A stretch of 64,000 bases of DNA from Octopus sinensis (GCF_006345805.1 NW_021832536.1:1-64000), one strand, 5' to 3'. Numbered from the stretch's first letter, positions 26,542 through 37,296 are shown. The notes: generated from the sequence alone by a model not told the origin. Numbers and translations: made by a program.

Positions 26542-26702
26542 TTTACTGACATGTTCGTTCATTCGGTCAAGTCCGGCCAGTGTCATCCAATCAAGATTTC
26601 GGACTGACCATCGAGGGTCTTCTTCCAGGGACCCTTCTTCTACCATCAATACTAACACAGAATAAGTGGCGTGGTAGAATAACTGACCGTCTTTGTAGAG
26701 AA
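26542..26702 (-). CDS. TSEN2: TSEN2 coding exon 7 (catalytic Tyr, His, Lys): (I)LYKDGQLFYHATYSV...LDRMNEHVSK
   Basis: TTTCAG acceptor phase 1, AAA|GTAAGT donor phase 0, 161 nt. Confidence 0.95.
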
Positions 26703-26764
26703 CTGAAACACAACCAAGGGAAGACAATAGAGAAACAGAGAGAGAGAGATGAAAGATAGTGATA

Positions 26765-27105
26765 ATCATCATCATCATCATCATTTAGCGTCCGCTTTCC
26801 ATGCTAGCATGGGTTGGACGGTTCAACTGGGGTCTGTGAAGCCGGAAGGCCGCATCAGGCCCAGTCTGATCTGGCAGTGTTTCTACAGCTGGATGCCCTT
26901 CCTAACGCCAACCACTCCGTGAGTGTAGTGGGTGCTTTTTACGTGCCACCCGCACAGGTGCCAGACGGAGCTGGCAAACGGCCACGAACGGATGGTGCTT
27001 CTACGTGCCACCGGCATGGGGGCCAGGCGAGGCTGGCAACGGTCACGAACGGATGGTGCTTTTACGTGCCACAACAATAACATCAACATCATCATCATCA
27101 TTTAA
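26765..27105 (-). mobile_element. RTE-LINE 3'UTR fragment (similar at about 30250-30630, 34520-35020, 35415-35665, 36215-36960, 57280-57760, 59065-59475, all minus)
   Basis: (CAT)n followed by CGTTTAACGTCCGCTTTCCATGCTAGCATGGG on the plus strand. Confidence 0.8.
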
Positions 27106-27281
27106 TGTCCAGTTTCCATGCTGACGTGGGTTGGATGGTTTGACATGGCACTTGCCAGCTGGGAGCTGTTCAGACTCCAATTGTCACGAAAACCAAAAAG
27201 CACGTGCATCTCGTGGAAGTTATGGGTATAAAAATCGATTTGAACCGTGTTCCTGGCATTTGTAATTTGGACGCATCAGGT

Positions 27282-27428
27282 ATGACCCGATTGTCAGCAG
27301 CACAGAGAGAACAAGCTATTGGCCGATTGCAAGCAGGGCAGCATGTTCTGGTCGTTGCGAAAGCATACAATGTCCACGTCAGCACCATCTATCACCTGCA
27401 ACAGTGATACAACACCAACGGCACTGCA
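27282..27428 (+). mobile_element. Tc1-like transposase N-terminal HTH remnant
   Basis: MTRLSAAQREQAIGRLQAGQHVLVVAKAYNVHVSTIYHLQQ*YNTNG. Confidence 0.75.
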
Positions 27429-27769
27429 TATATATATATATGGTGGAGGCACAATGGCCTAGTGGTTAGTGCAGCAGACTCACTGTCGTAGGATCGCGGT
27501 TTCGATTCCCAGACCGGGCGTTGTGAGTGTTTATTGAGCGAAAACACCTGAAGCTCCATGAGGCTCCGGCAGGGGGTGGTGGCGATCCCTGCTGTACTCT
27601 TTCGCCACAACTTTCTCTCAGTCTTTCTTCTGTTGGCCCGCTCGCTTAGCCAGCGGGGTGGCGTCATATGAAGGCTAAAACAATGCGAAGCGCATTGTGA
27701 CCAGCGATGTGTAGCAACATCTGATAGCCTAGTTGGTCATGGTGATATATATATATATATATATATATA

Positions 27770-28494
27770 CTAAGTAATTAAGGGTTTAGCAACGATTTGC
27801 CTCACCACACACCGAATTTAGAAATAGCAGTCAAAGAGTTATAGCTATTCTTTCTACTAAAAGGGAGATCTCAGTAAAACCACAGCACTTGAAAGGCAAA
27901 CACAGACAGGCAAGAGAGAAAGAAATGACGACAATAGATCATACAATATTAAGTCACCTACGGACGTACGTTTCGAAATTAAGTTTTAGGAAAGCATAAG
28001 AATTAGATAATTATGTCTTACCCAACTTTTTTTCTCATCAGCGTAGGACACTACAATTATGAATAATTGTATATTAAATTTCGAGGTACTAGAAGACATC
28101 ATCTCAACTCAGTATCAGAGCGAGCTAAAGCCGTTACCAGTATCACCGATACTGAGTTGAGATGATGTCTTCTAGTACCTCGAAATTTAATATACAATTA
28201 TTCATAATTGTAGTGTCCTACGCTGATGAGAAAAAAAGTTGGGTAAGACATAATTATCTAATTCTTATGCTTTCCTAAAACTTAATTTCGAAATGTACGT
28301 CCGTAGGTGACTTAATATTGTATGATCTATTGTCGTCATTTCTTTCTCTCTTGCCTGTCTGTGTTTGCCTTTCAAGTGCTGTGGTTTTACTGAGATCTCC
28401 CTTTTAGTAGAAAGAATAGCTATAACTCTTTCACTGCTATTTCTAAATTCAGTGTGTGGTGAGGCAAATCGTTGCTAAACCCTTAATTACTTAG
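27770..28494. mobile_element. Foldback element: 347-bp inverted arms, 31-nt loop, TA flanks
   Basis: 27770-28116 is the reverse complement of 28148-28494; 3 mismatches noticed. Confidence 0.9.
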
Positions 28495-28598
28495 TATTAC
28501 TTAAACTTTCCTCGAATGGGGCTTTTACATGCCGAAATCTACTTGGTGAAATTAATGATTATTCCAAATTAATTAATTTCACCCTATATTATTACTGA

Positions 28599-28640
<42 letters not shown>

Positions 28641-28663
28641 CACACACACACACACATATATAT

Positions 28664-28726
<63 letters not shown>

Positions 28727-28960
28727 TATATATATGCTTATGTGTGTCTCTTTGCGTAAGTATTTGTCCAGCCACCATTGCTTGACAACCGATGTTGGTA
28801 TGTTTACATCCCTGTAACTTAGTGGTTTGACAGAGACTGATAAAATAAGTACTAGGCTTATGAAAAATAAGGGCCGATTTCTTTGACTAAGGTGGTGCTC
28901 CAGCATGGCTACAATAAAATGACTGAAACAAATGAAAGAATAAAAGAATAATAAATACAA

Positions 28961-29257
28961 TAAAATGGTTGTATACTGTCAATCTAATGTGAACGTGACA
29001 GTAGGGGGTTACACCACCGCTGTTTAGCCCTAGGAAGCATCGACGCCTCTTGATGGCTTTGACACATTTTTCCTGTGTCCTTATATACATTTACGAAGGG
29101 GAGACGGTGTTTGTCTCCCCTTTGTAAATGTCTATAAGGACACAGGAAAAATGTGTCAAAGCCATCAGGAGGCGTCGATGCTTCCTAGGGCTAAACAGCG
29201 GTGGTGTAACCCCCTACTGTCACGTTCACGTTAGATTGACAGTATACAACCATTCTA
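28961..29257. repeat. Foldback element: about 145-bp arms, 7-nt loop
   Basis: Direct reverse-complement match around the loop GGTGTTT (29106-29112). Confidence 0.9.
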
Positions 29258-29343
29258 TCACCCCACCACCGTACATATCTCTATGAGAGATTTAGAAATT
29301 TAATATTCCAAATACAATAAAATAATAGTAATAAAAGCCTTAC

Positions 29344-29482
29344 TGAAGTCACATCCAAATTTAATTCCAGGTTTGGGGATCCATCCTTGGCTTCGGTAAT
29401 AATGGTAAGCAATGTAATTGGGAAGAAAGTCAGACCTGTTTTTGTAGAGTTTTTTCCACATTTCAGAAATCTTCAGTGGATT
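29344..29482 (-). CDS. TSEN2: TSEN2 coding exon 6: NPLKISEMWKK...YIAYHYYRSQGWIPKPGIKFGCDF
   Basis: TTTTAG acceptor phase 0, A|GTAAG donor phase 1, 139 nt; Sen2 motif AYHYxRSxGWxPKxGxKxGxD. Confidence 0.95.
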
Positions 29483-29528
29483 CTAAAACAGCAACAGCAG
29501 GAAAAAAAAAAAAGGGAAAAATTATTAA

Positions 29529-29940
29529 AGGAGTGGCTGTGTGGTAAGTAGCTTGCTAACCAACCACACGGTTCCGGGTTCAGTCCCACTGCGTGGCACC
29601 TTGGGCAAGTGTCTTCTGCTATAGCCCCGGGCCGACCAATGCCTTGTGAGTGGATTTGGTAGACGGAAACTGAAAGAAGCCTGTCGTGTATATATATATA
29701 TATATGTATGTGTGCGTGTGTTTGTGTGTCTGTGTTTGTCCCCCCCCCCCTAGCATTGCTTGACAACCGATGCTGGTGTGTTTACGTCCCCGTCACTTAG
29801 CAGTTCGGCAAAACGACCGATAGAATAAGTACTGGGCTTACAAAGAATAAGTCCCGGAGTTGATTTGCTCGACTAAAGGCGGTGCTCCAGCATGGCCGCA
29901 GTCAAATGACTGAAACAAGTAAAAGAGTAAAAGAGTATAG
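29529..29940 (+). mobile_element. SINE family A (a diverged copy follows to about 30245)
   Basis: Identity to other copies. Confidence 0.9.
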
Positions 29941-30774
29941 GCATAGGTGTGGCTGTATGGTAAGCAGATTGCTTCCCAACCACATGGCTCCAGGTTCAGT
30001 CCCACTGTGTGTCACATTTTGGGCAAGTGTCCTTGACTATACAGCCTTGTGATTGGATCTGGCAGATGGAAACTAAAAGGAGCCTGTTGTGTATGTATGT
30101 ATGTATATATGTGTGTATACATCTGTGTGTGTGTGTGTTTGTCTTTGGGCCTGTGTTTGTCCACCCACCACCACTTGACAATGGGTTTTGGTGTGTTTAT
30201 GTTTGTGTAACTTAGCTGTTTCGCCAAAGAAACTGATAAAATAAGTTCTCATCATCATCATCATCTAACGTCCGCTTTCCATGCTAGCATGGGTTGGACG
30301 ATTTTGACTGAGGGCTGGAGAACCAGATGGCTGCACCAGGCTCCAATCTTGATCTGGCAGAGTTTCTACAGCTGGGTGCCCTTCCTAATGCCAACCACTC
30401 CGAGAGTGTAGTGGGTGCTTTTACGTGCCACCAGCACGGGGGCCAGTCAGGCGGTACTGGCAATGACCTTGCTCGAATCTTTTTACACATGCCAACAGCA
30501 CAGGTGCCAGTAAGGCGATGCTGGTAACAATCACACTTGAATGGTGTCTTTTAGGTGCCACTGGCACGGGGGCCAGAGAGCCGCTCTAGCAACGATCACA
30601 TTTGGATGGTGCTCTTAATACCCTCTCTACCTTAATTCATTTATAAGCATTTTATAAAATTGTAGTTGCAGTGAATGTAAAATTTTAGTGAATCATTCTT
30701 TATGCTGATAGTAGCGAAGTTCAATGATTCCATTTGAAGTTGAAATAGTCAACTATAGCAGTATTTTGTACATT

Positions 30775-31425
30775 CATCATCGTCCGTTTTCCGCGCTAGC
30801 ACGGGTTGGATGGTTTGACCGGGGTCTGCACCAGGCTCCAGTCTGATCTGGCAGTGTTTCTACAGCTGGATGCCCTTCCTGACGCCAACCACTCCGCGAG
30901 TGTAGTGGGTGCTTTTTACGTGCCACCTGCACAGGTGCCAGGGGAGTCCGGCATCGGCCATGATTGGTTGGTGCTTTTAACGTGCCACCGGCACGGAAGC
31001 CAGCCAAGGCGGCGCTGGCATTGGCATGTTCGGATGGTGCTTTTTATGTGCCACCGGCACAGAAGCCAATCGAGGCGGGGCTGGCATCGGCATGTTCGGA
31101 TGGTGCTTTTTATGTTCCACTGGCACAGAAGCCAGTCGAGGCGGTGCTGGCAACGGCCATTCGAGCGTGATCGTTACCAGCATTGCCTTACTGGCACATG
31201 TAAAAACATTCGAGCGAGGTCGTTGCCAGCACCGCCTGACTGGCCCCCGTGCTGGTGGCATGTAAAAAGCACCCACTACACTCTCGGAGTGGTTAGCGTT
31301 AGGAAGGGCATCCAGCTGTAGAAACTCTGCAAGATCAAGAGTGGAGCCTGGGGCAGCCATCTGGTTCGCCAGTCCTCAGTCAAACTGTCCAACCCATGCT
31401 AGCATGGAAAGCGGACGTTAAATGA
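30775..31425. mobile_element. Two RTE 3'UTR fragments in inverted orientation
   Basis: Minus copy about 30775-31150 abuts plus copy about 31150-31425. Confidence 0.75.
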
Positions 31426-31496
31426 ATAATAATAATAACAATAATAATAACAACAACAACAACATACCTTAGGAATAAGGTTCAAAATTTCCCCAA

Positions 31497-31542
31497 GACA
31501 CCTGATGAAGGCTGGAGGGTATATCAGCTGAAACGTTGTGTT
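31497..31542 (+). ncRNA. Hammerhead motif, second (headless) copy of the 18.5 kb SINE
   Basis: GACAC CTGATGA AGGCTG...CAGCT GAAACGTT GTGTT. Confidence 0.55.
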
Positions 31543-31640
31543 AACAACAAACAAGATGAGGACAAATATCCAACAAATGTAAATAATAGACAGGTTTATT
31601 AATTGATTTATAAAATGATATAAAATATGGTTTTACTTAC

Positions 31641-31694
31641 ACCTTGATTATCCTTGACAAGTAAACAACCAAGACCGTATGTCAGAAAAAATGC
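31641..31694 (-). CDS. TSEN2: TSEN2 coding exon 5: AFFLTYGLGCLLVKDNQG
   Basis: CCTTAG acceptor, GGT|GTAAGT donor, 54 nt, phase 0-0. Confidence 0.93.
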
Positions 31695-31723
31695 CTAAGG
31701 AAAGAAACAAAAAAAAATTTATA

Positions 31724-32090
31724 TTACCAACCACATGGTTCCGGGTTCAGTCCCACTGCGTGGCATCTTGGGCAAGTGTCTTCTACTATAGCTTCGGGCC
31801 GACCAAAGCCTTGTGAGTGGATTTGGTAGACGGAAACTGAAAGAAGCCCGTCGTATATATGTATATATATGTATATGTGTGTGTGTCTGTGTCTGTGTTT
31901 GTCCCCCCAACATCGCTTGACAACCGATGCTGGTGTGTTTACGTCCCCGTAACTCAGCAGTTCGGCAAAAGTGACCGATAGAATAAGTACTAGGCTTACA
32001 AAGAATAAGTCCTGGGGTCGATTTGCTCGACTAAAGGTGGTGCTCCAGCATGGCCACAGTCAAATGACTGGAACAAGTAAAAGGGTAAAG
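31724..32090 (+). mobile_element. SINE family A, 5' truncated
   Basis: Identity to other copies. Confidence 0.9.
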
Positions 32091-33070
32091 GGAAAATAAT
32101 TTTATTCCTGAACAATCTTGAAAGCTGCACTCTGTGCAGACACTTGGGATAGCTCCTGCGGAGGGCTAACTGGCCCGCAACCCCAAAACTAAGCCAAGCT
32201 AAATAGCATGACTATAATGCGTCCTTGATGATTCTATGCCCCAGTGGAGTTTGATCAGAAATTAAGGATGGATGAGAATTAATTCTGTAATGCAATCATT
32301 CTATTGTTCCAGTCCCAAGTTGAATTCTAACTATATTAAGGGTTTAGCAGCCAGTAGGTGTATGCCCCCCAGCTTTGGCCGTGATGCTGCCGCAGACGTC
32401 CGTCAGCCCCCACGGTGGCCGCCACCTTCGCACCGCCTTCCGTTCCCCACTTGTCTACGTGCCGGGGCCGCCAGCGACAGGCCTGCCCCAGTCGCCGGGA
32501 GCTCCGCCGCGCTACCGTGCCTGCAATCGTAAGAACGAACTAAAGCTTGCGGTCTCACCCACATACATGTGGACGTAGCTGTCACCAATGTTGGCTAATT
32601 TGTCTCAGAGTTCTTATCTTGACATATAATTAACGAAGTGAATGTCATTTATCTACCTCCTTGATCTCTGACGTCATCTGAGAAACACCAACCAAGATGG
32701 TGTGAATCAGCCAAGCTCTACTTACTAGAAACAGCAACCCAAATGCTTTTAAATCAGATCCCAATGCTGGATGCTCAAGAACCAAACAAAGGCTAGATTT
32801 AAAATCCCGGGATCATTCCGATTCCAAAAAAGTATAACATGTCTATGCAGAGCAAATGTAGTTTGAGACGCAGGGATCCCAGCCGGACAGACAGAATTTT
32901 TCACTTTTATTATTATAAAAGATGTATATATATATCTCATGCATTTGAAGTAATACCAGATTTACTAGAAAATGTGGAGAGAGTGGGAGAATGATTGTGA
33001 GGATAGGGTAGGTGGACAAATTAATAAATGCACAATCAGAAGAGTTTTATAAAAGTCTTACGAGGGAGTA

Positions 33071-33420
33071 CCATAAATCCTCAAATATAGTCCGCCCTTG
33101 AGTATAATACACAGGGGATTTTTAGGGGACTGTACCTCTGAAAAACCCAAACCTTGTGTATAATACGCACCCCTTCTCTGACTTGAATCAAGGAGGTCTA
33201 TATAATGTCCTTGGTTTGTAAAAATGTATACGGTAACGTCCTTTATTATTGCCTTCTTTATCTTTGGTATCTGTTTAATTTCCTCTTTATTTCTTCTCCA
33301 TAACCTGACATTGCTTTCGTCAACATCAAATTTTCTTCTGGCGGCCCTATTACCATGCTCTTCAGCATATGATATAACTTCAAGTTTAAACATAGCTGAA
33401 TAAGATCTATGAGGCATGTT
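33071..33420 (-). mobile_element. pogo-like non-autonomous element with a Brinker-type DNA-binding domain remnant
   Basis: RSYSAMFKLEVISYAEEHGNRAARRKFDVDESNVRLWRR; end TA-CCATAAATCCTC matches a related TIR end at 57095-57120. Confidence 0.75.
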
Positions 33421-33460
33421 CGGATGGTGCTCTTAGTGCTCCACTAGCACAGAGTTCCAA

Positions 33461-34170
33461 CTTAACACCCTGTGACTTCTTTCTTTGGAGTTGGTTAAAG
33501 GATCAAGTCTACTATACCAAAACATAGACTTTGGAAGAAGTTAAACGGCGAATACGAGAAGTTGTATCTTCTTCTATACCACAAGAATTTCAGGTGAAAT
33601 CGGTTGACACAATTCCTGAGTGACTCAAGAATTTTGATTTCACTTGCCTCAAAAGGTCTTCGCAAGCAGAGTTTAGTGTCCAATGAAAGAAAGGTATGCC
33701 TAAGTGGGCTGGTTACAACCCTGGCATAGGCCACGGGTTATGGTTTCACTTGGCTTGCCAGGTCTTCTCGAGCACAGCATATTTCCAAAAGTCTCGGTCA
33801 CAAGTCATTGCCTCCGTGAGGCCTAATGTTCAAAGGTCGTTGCTTCACCACCTCATCCCAGGTCTTCCTGGGTCTACCTCTTTTACAGTTTCCCTCAACC
33901 GCTCAGGTGTGACACTTTTTCACACAGCTATCCTCATCCATTTGGTTAAAGGATCAAGCCTACTATACAAAAGCATAGACTTTGGAAGAAGTTAAATAGC
34001 AAATACGAGAAGTTGTATCTTCTTCTATATCTACAAGAATTTCTGGTGAAATCAGTTGACACAATTCCTGAGTGTCACAAGAAGTTGGTGCCAACATCTG
34101 GAGCTCATATTGAATTTTAAATAAAACCTCAAGCTAAAAACTTTCCTCTCATATCCATGTTTTTGTAAAA
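33461..34170 (+). mobile_element. maT/DD37D mariner-like transposase C-terminal remnants (33461-33630 and 33942-34170)
   Basis: LTPCDFFLWSWLKDQVY...TLEEVKRRIREVVSSIPQEF...GAHIEF*. Confidence 0.7.
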
Positions 34171-34480
34171 CATCCTCATCCATTTGCACCACATGACCAT
34201 ACCAGCGCAGTTGTCTCTCTTGCACACCACATCTGATGCTTCTTAGGTCCAACTTTTCTCTCAAGGCACTTACAATGTTGTGTATGCACACTGACATTGC
34301 ACATCCAGCAGAGCATACTGGCTTTGTTCCTTGCAAGCTTACACATGTCCTCAGCAGCCACGGCCCATGTTTCACTGCCATGTAGCATGGCTGTTTGTAC
34401 ACATGCGTCATATAGTCTACCTTTTACTCTGAGCAAGAGGCCCTTTGTCACCAGCAGAGGTAGGATTGATGATATATACG
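33631..34480 (-). mobile_element. RTE-clade LINE C-terminal fragment, split in two
   Basis: KGRLYDACVQTAMLHGSETW...LRWYGHVVQMDED then SCVKKC...RGRPRKTWDEVV. Confidence 0.85.
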
Positions 34481-35154
34481 TATATATCATCAATCATCCT
34501 CATCAACACTATATATACATATCATCATCATCGTTTAGCATCTGCTTTCCATACTAGCATGGGTTGGACGGTTCAACTGGGGTCTGGGAAACCAGAAGGC
34601 TGCAACAGGCCCAGTCTGATCTGGCAATGTTTCTATGGCTGGATGCCCTTCCTAACACCAACCACTCCGTGAGTGTAGTGGGTGCTTTTTACGTGCCACC
34701 GGCACAGGTGACAGGCGGGGCTGGCAAACGGCCATGGTCGGATGGTGCTTTTTACGTGTCACCGGCACAAGGCCAGTCGGGGCGGCGCTGGCAATGGCCA
34801 CGTTCAGAAGGTTCTCTTACATACTACTGGCACTGGTATCACAGCTGCAATTTCCATTGATGCTGATCGATTTTGATTTTGATTTTGATTTTGGATTTTC
34901 ACTTGCCTCAACAGGTCTTCACAAGTAGAGTTTTGTGTCCCAAGAAGGAAAGGTATGCATAAGTGGACTGGCTACATCCCAGGTAGAGGCCACGGGTTAT
35001 GGTCTCACTTGTCCTGCAGGGTCTGTTACACACAAACACACAAAACTGACATGTCTTACACATAACTACACACAGACACATGCTATACACATTCAGAGGT
35101 AAACTTCACTTAGATAATGGACAATAATAAAGAACAGACTTTTCTCCTGCTTAC

Positions 35155-35346
35155 CTCTTCATATATAAGTAGAAGAACCTCTCCCATAGAATAAGGGTCT
35201 TGTTTCAATGAGGGTAACCATTGGGTGGATCTCCTGGAATTGTCTTCTACAGTTTCTGATTTCAGTCGACGTTGGTCAACCACAAAAACATTAGCAGCAT
35301 CTTCATCAATTTTACACAATGGATGTAAAGGAATGTTCTTATTTAC
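35155..35346 (-). CDS. TSEN2: TSEN2 coding exon 4: VNKNIPLH...DPYSMGEVLLLIYEE
   Basis: TTACAG acceptor, GAG|GTAAGC donor, 192 nt, phase 0-0. Confidence 0.9.
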
Positions 35347-35879
35347 CTGTAATAATAAAAACAATAATAATAATAATAATAATAGTAATAATAATAATAG
35401 CAATGATAATGATAATTATCATCATCATCATCATCATCGTTTAACGTCCGCTTTCCATGCTAGCATGGGTTGGACAGTTCAACTGGAGTCTGGGAAGCCA
35501 GAAGGCTGCACCAGGCCCAGTCTGATCTGGCAGTGTTTCTACATCTGGATGCCCTTCCTAACGCCAACCACTCCATGAGTGTAGTGGGTGTTTTTACGTG
35601 CCACCGGCACAGGTGCCAGACGAGGCTGGCAAATGGCCACGATCGGATGGTGCTTTTTACGTGCCACAATAATAATAACAATAATAATAATCCTTTCTTA
35701 TTTCTTTACTACCCACAAGGGGCTAAACACAGAGAGGACAAACAAGGACAGACAAAGGGATTAAGTCGATTACATTGACCCCAGTGCGTAACCCCCACAT
35801 AGGTGAGAGAACTCTGTCACTCTGTAAACCACTCAGCTGTTACATACCTCTACTCAATGCTAAAGATATTTCCACTCAC

Positions 35880-36072
35880 TTGGGACAACGGTTTGGTGTC
35901 TTTGGAATATTTTGTAATGGTTTCATCTGTTTTAGCTCCAACAGAGGATTCAGTTGGTTCGTCAGGCACAACTTTATGTTCAGCATCACCAGAACCATCA
36001 TCATCTTCATCATCCAATATAGACAAGTCATCATTTGATACACATTTTTTCCATTTGAGGTGAGTAAAATAT
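35880..36072 (-). CDS. TSEN2: TSEN2 coding exon 3: (R)YFTHLKWKKC...acidic insert...KPLSQ
   Basis: CTAAC branch site plus ATCTAG acceptor phase 2, CAA|GTGAGT donor phase 0, 193 nt open. Confidence 0.88.
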
Positions 36073-37024
36073 CTAGATGAGTTAGAAATAGATTAAATAT
36101 GTAATTGAGTTTGTAAATATGTCATTTGGTTTGTAAATATATAAAAGTGTGTGTGTATTTGTATACAACAATTTATCTATCTACCTACCTACTGATATAA
36201 TGTGCATGTCTGTCATCATCATCATCATCTTCATCATCGTTTAACGTCCGCCTTCCATGCTAGCATGGGTTGGACGATTTTGACTGAGGACTTGTGAACC
36301 TGACGGCCGCACCAGGCTACAGTTTCTACAGCTGGATGCCCTTCCTAACGCCAACCACTCCGAGAATGTGTGGGTGTTTTTACGTGCCACTGGCACGGGG
36401 GTCGGTCATGCGGTACTGGCAATGACCTCGCGAGAATCTTTTTACACATGCCACCGGCACAGGTGCCAGTAAGGCGACGTTGGTAACAATCACGCTTGAA
36501 TGGTGCCGTTTTACGTGCCACGGCACAGGGGCCAGTCATGCGGTACTGGCAATGACCTCGCGAGAATCTTTTTACACATGCCACCGGCACAGGTGCCAGT
36601 AAGGCGACGTTGGTAACAATCACGCTTGAATGGTGCCGTTTTACGTGCCACGGCACAGGGGCCAGTCATGCGGTACTGGCAATGACCTCGCGAGAATCTT
36701 TTTACACATGCCACCGCCACAGGTGCCAGTAACGATCACGCTTGAATGGTTCCATTTTATGTACCACTTGCACGGAGCCAGTTGGCTGCTCTGGCAACGA
36801 TCACACTTGCATGGTGCTCTTGGCACCCTACTAGCACGGGCAGAAGTGCCAGTAAGGTGACACTGGTAACGATCACACTCGAATGGTACCCTTTTATGTG
36901 CCACTGGCACAGAAGCCGGTTAGCTGCTCTGTCAACGATCACCCTTATATGGTGCTCTTTTGTCTGTCTGTCTATATGTGTGTGTGTGTGTGTGTAGGGG
37001 AAAGATAACAACTTTGGCCCTTAC

Positions 37025-37143
37025 CTACTGAGTTTCATAATCTTGAGTTGGATCAATTCATTGTCCTTTGGAATATCAATTACTGGTTGAAGATTTTGAA
37101 ACTCAGGTAAACTCCGAGACAACGAACCTTTTCCAAAACATCC
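37025..37143 (-). CDS. TSEN2: TSEN2 coding exon 2: GCFGKGSLSRSLPEF...IMKLS(R)
   Basis: TTTCAG acceptor phase 0, AG|GTAAG donor phase 2, 119 nt; Sen2 motif FGKGxLSRSxP. Confidence 0.93.
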
Positions 37144-37296
37144 CTGAAATGTACAATATTGATTAGCCAAATGTTTGATTAATGATGTATTTTCAAGCAT
37201 GGGAAATATTACCTTGCTAGAAAATAGAGAAGGGCTGATGACAAGAAGGGATCTGGCCATAGAAATTTGCCACAACGAATTCAGCCTGACCCATGC

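Noticed and set aside
32726-32792. Exon-like segment on the minus strand (LCLVLEHPALGSDLKAFGLLFL, GTAAGT donor)
   Set aside because: 67 nt would frameshift TSEN2, the acceptor is weak and no partner exons were found; at most a cryptic exon
35803-36063. Plus-strand Ser-rich ORF ending at a GAG|GTGAGT donor
   Set aside because: It is the antisense of TSEN2 exon 3, which fits phase and homology on the minus strand
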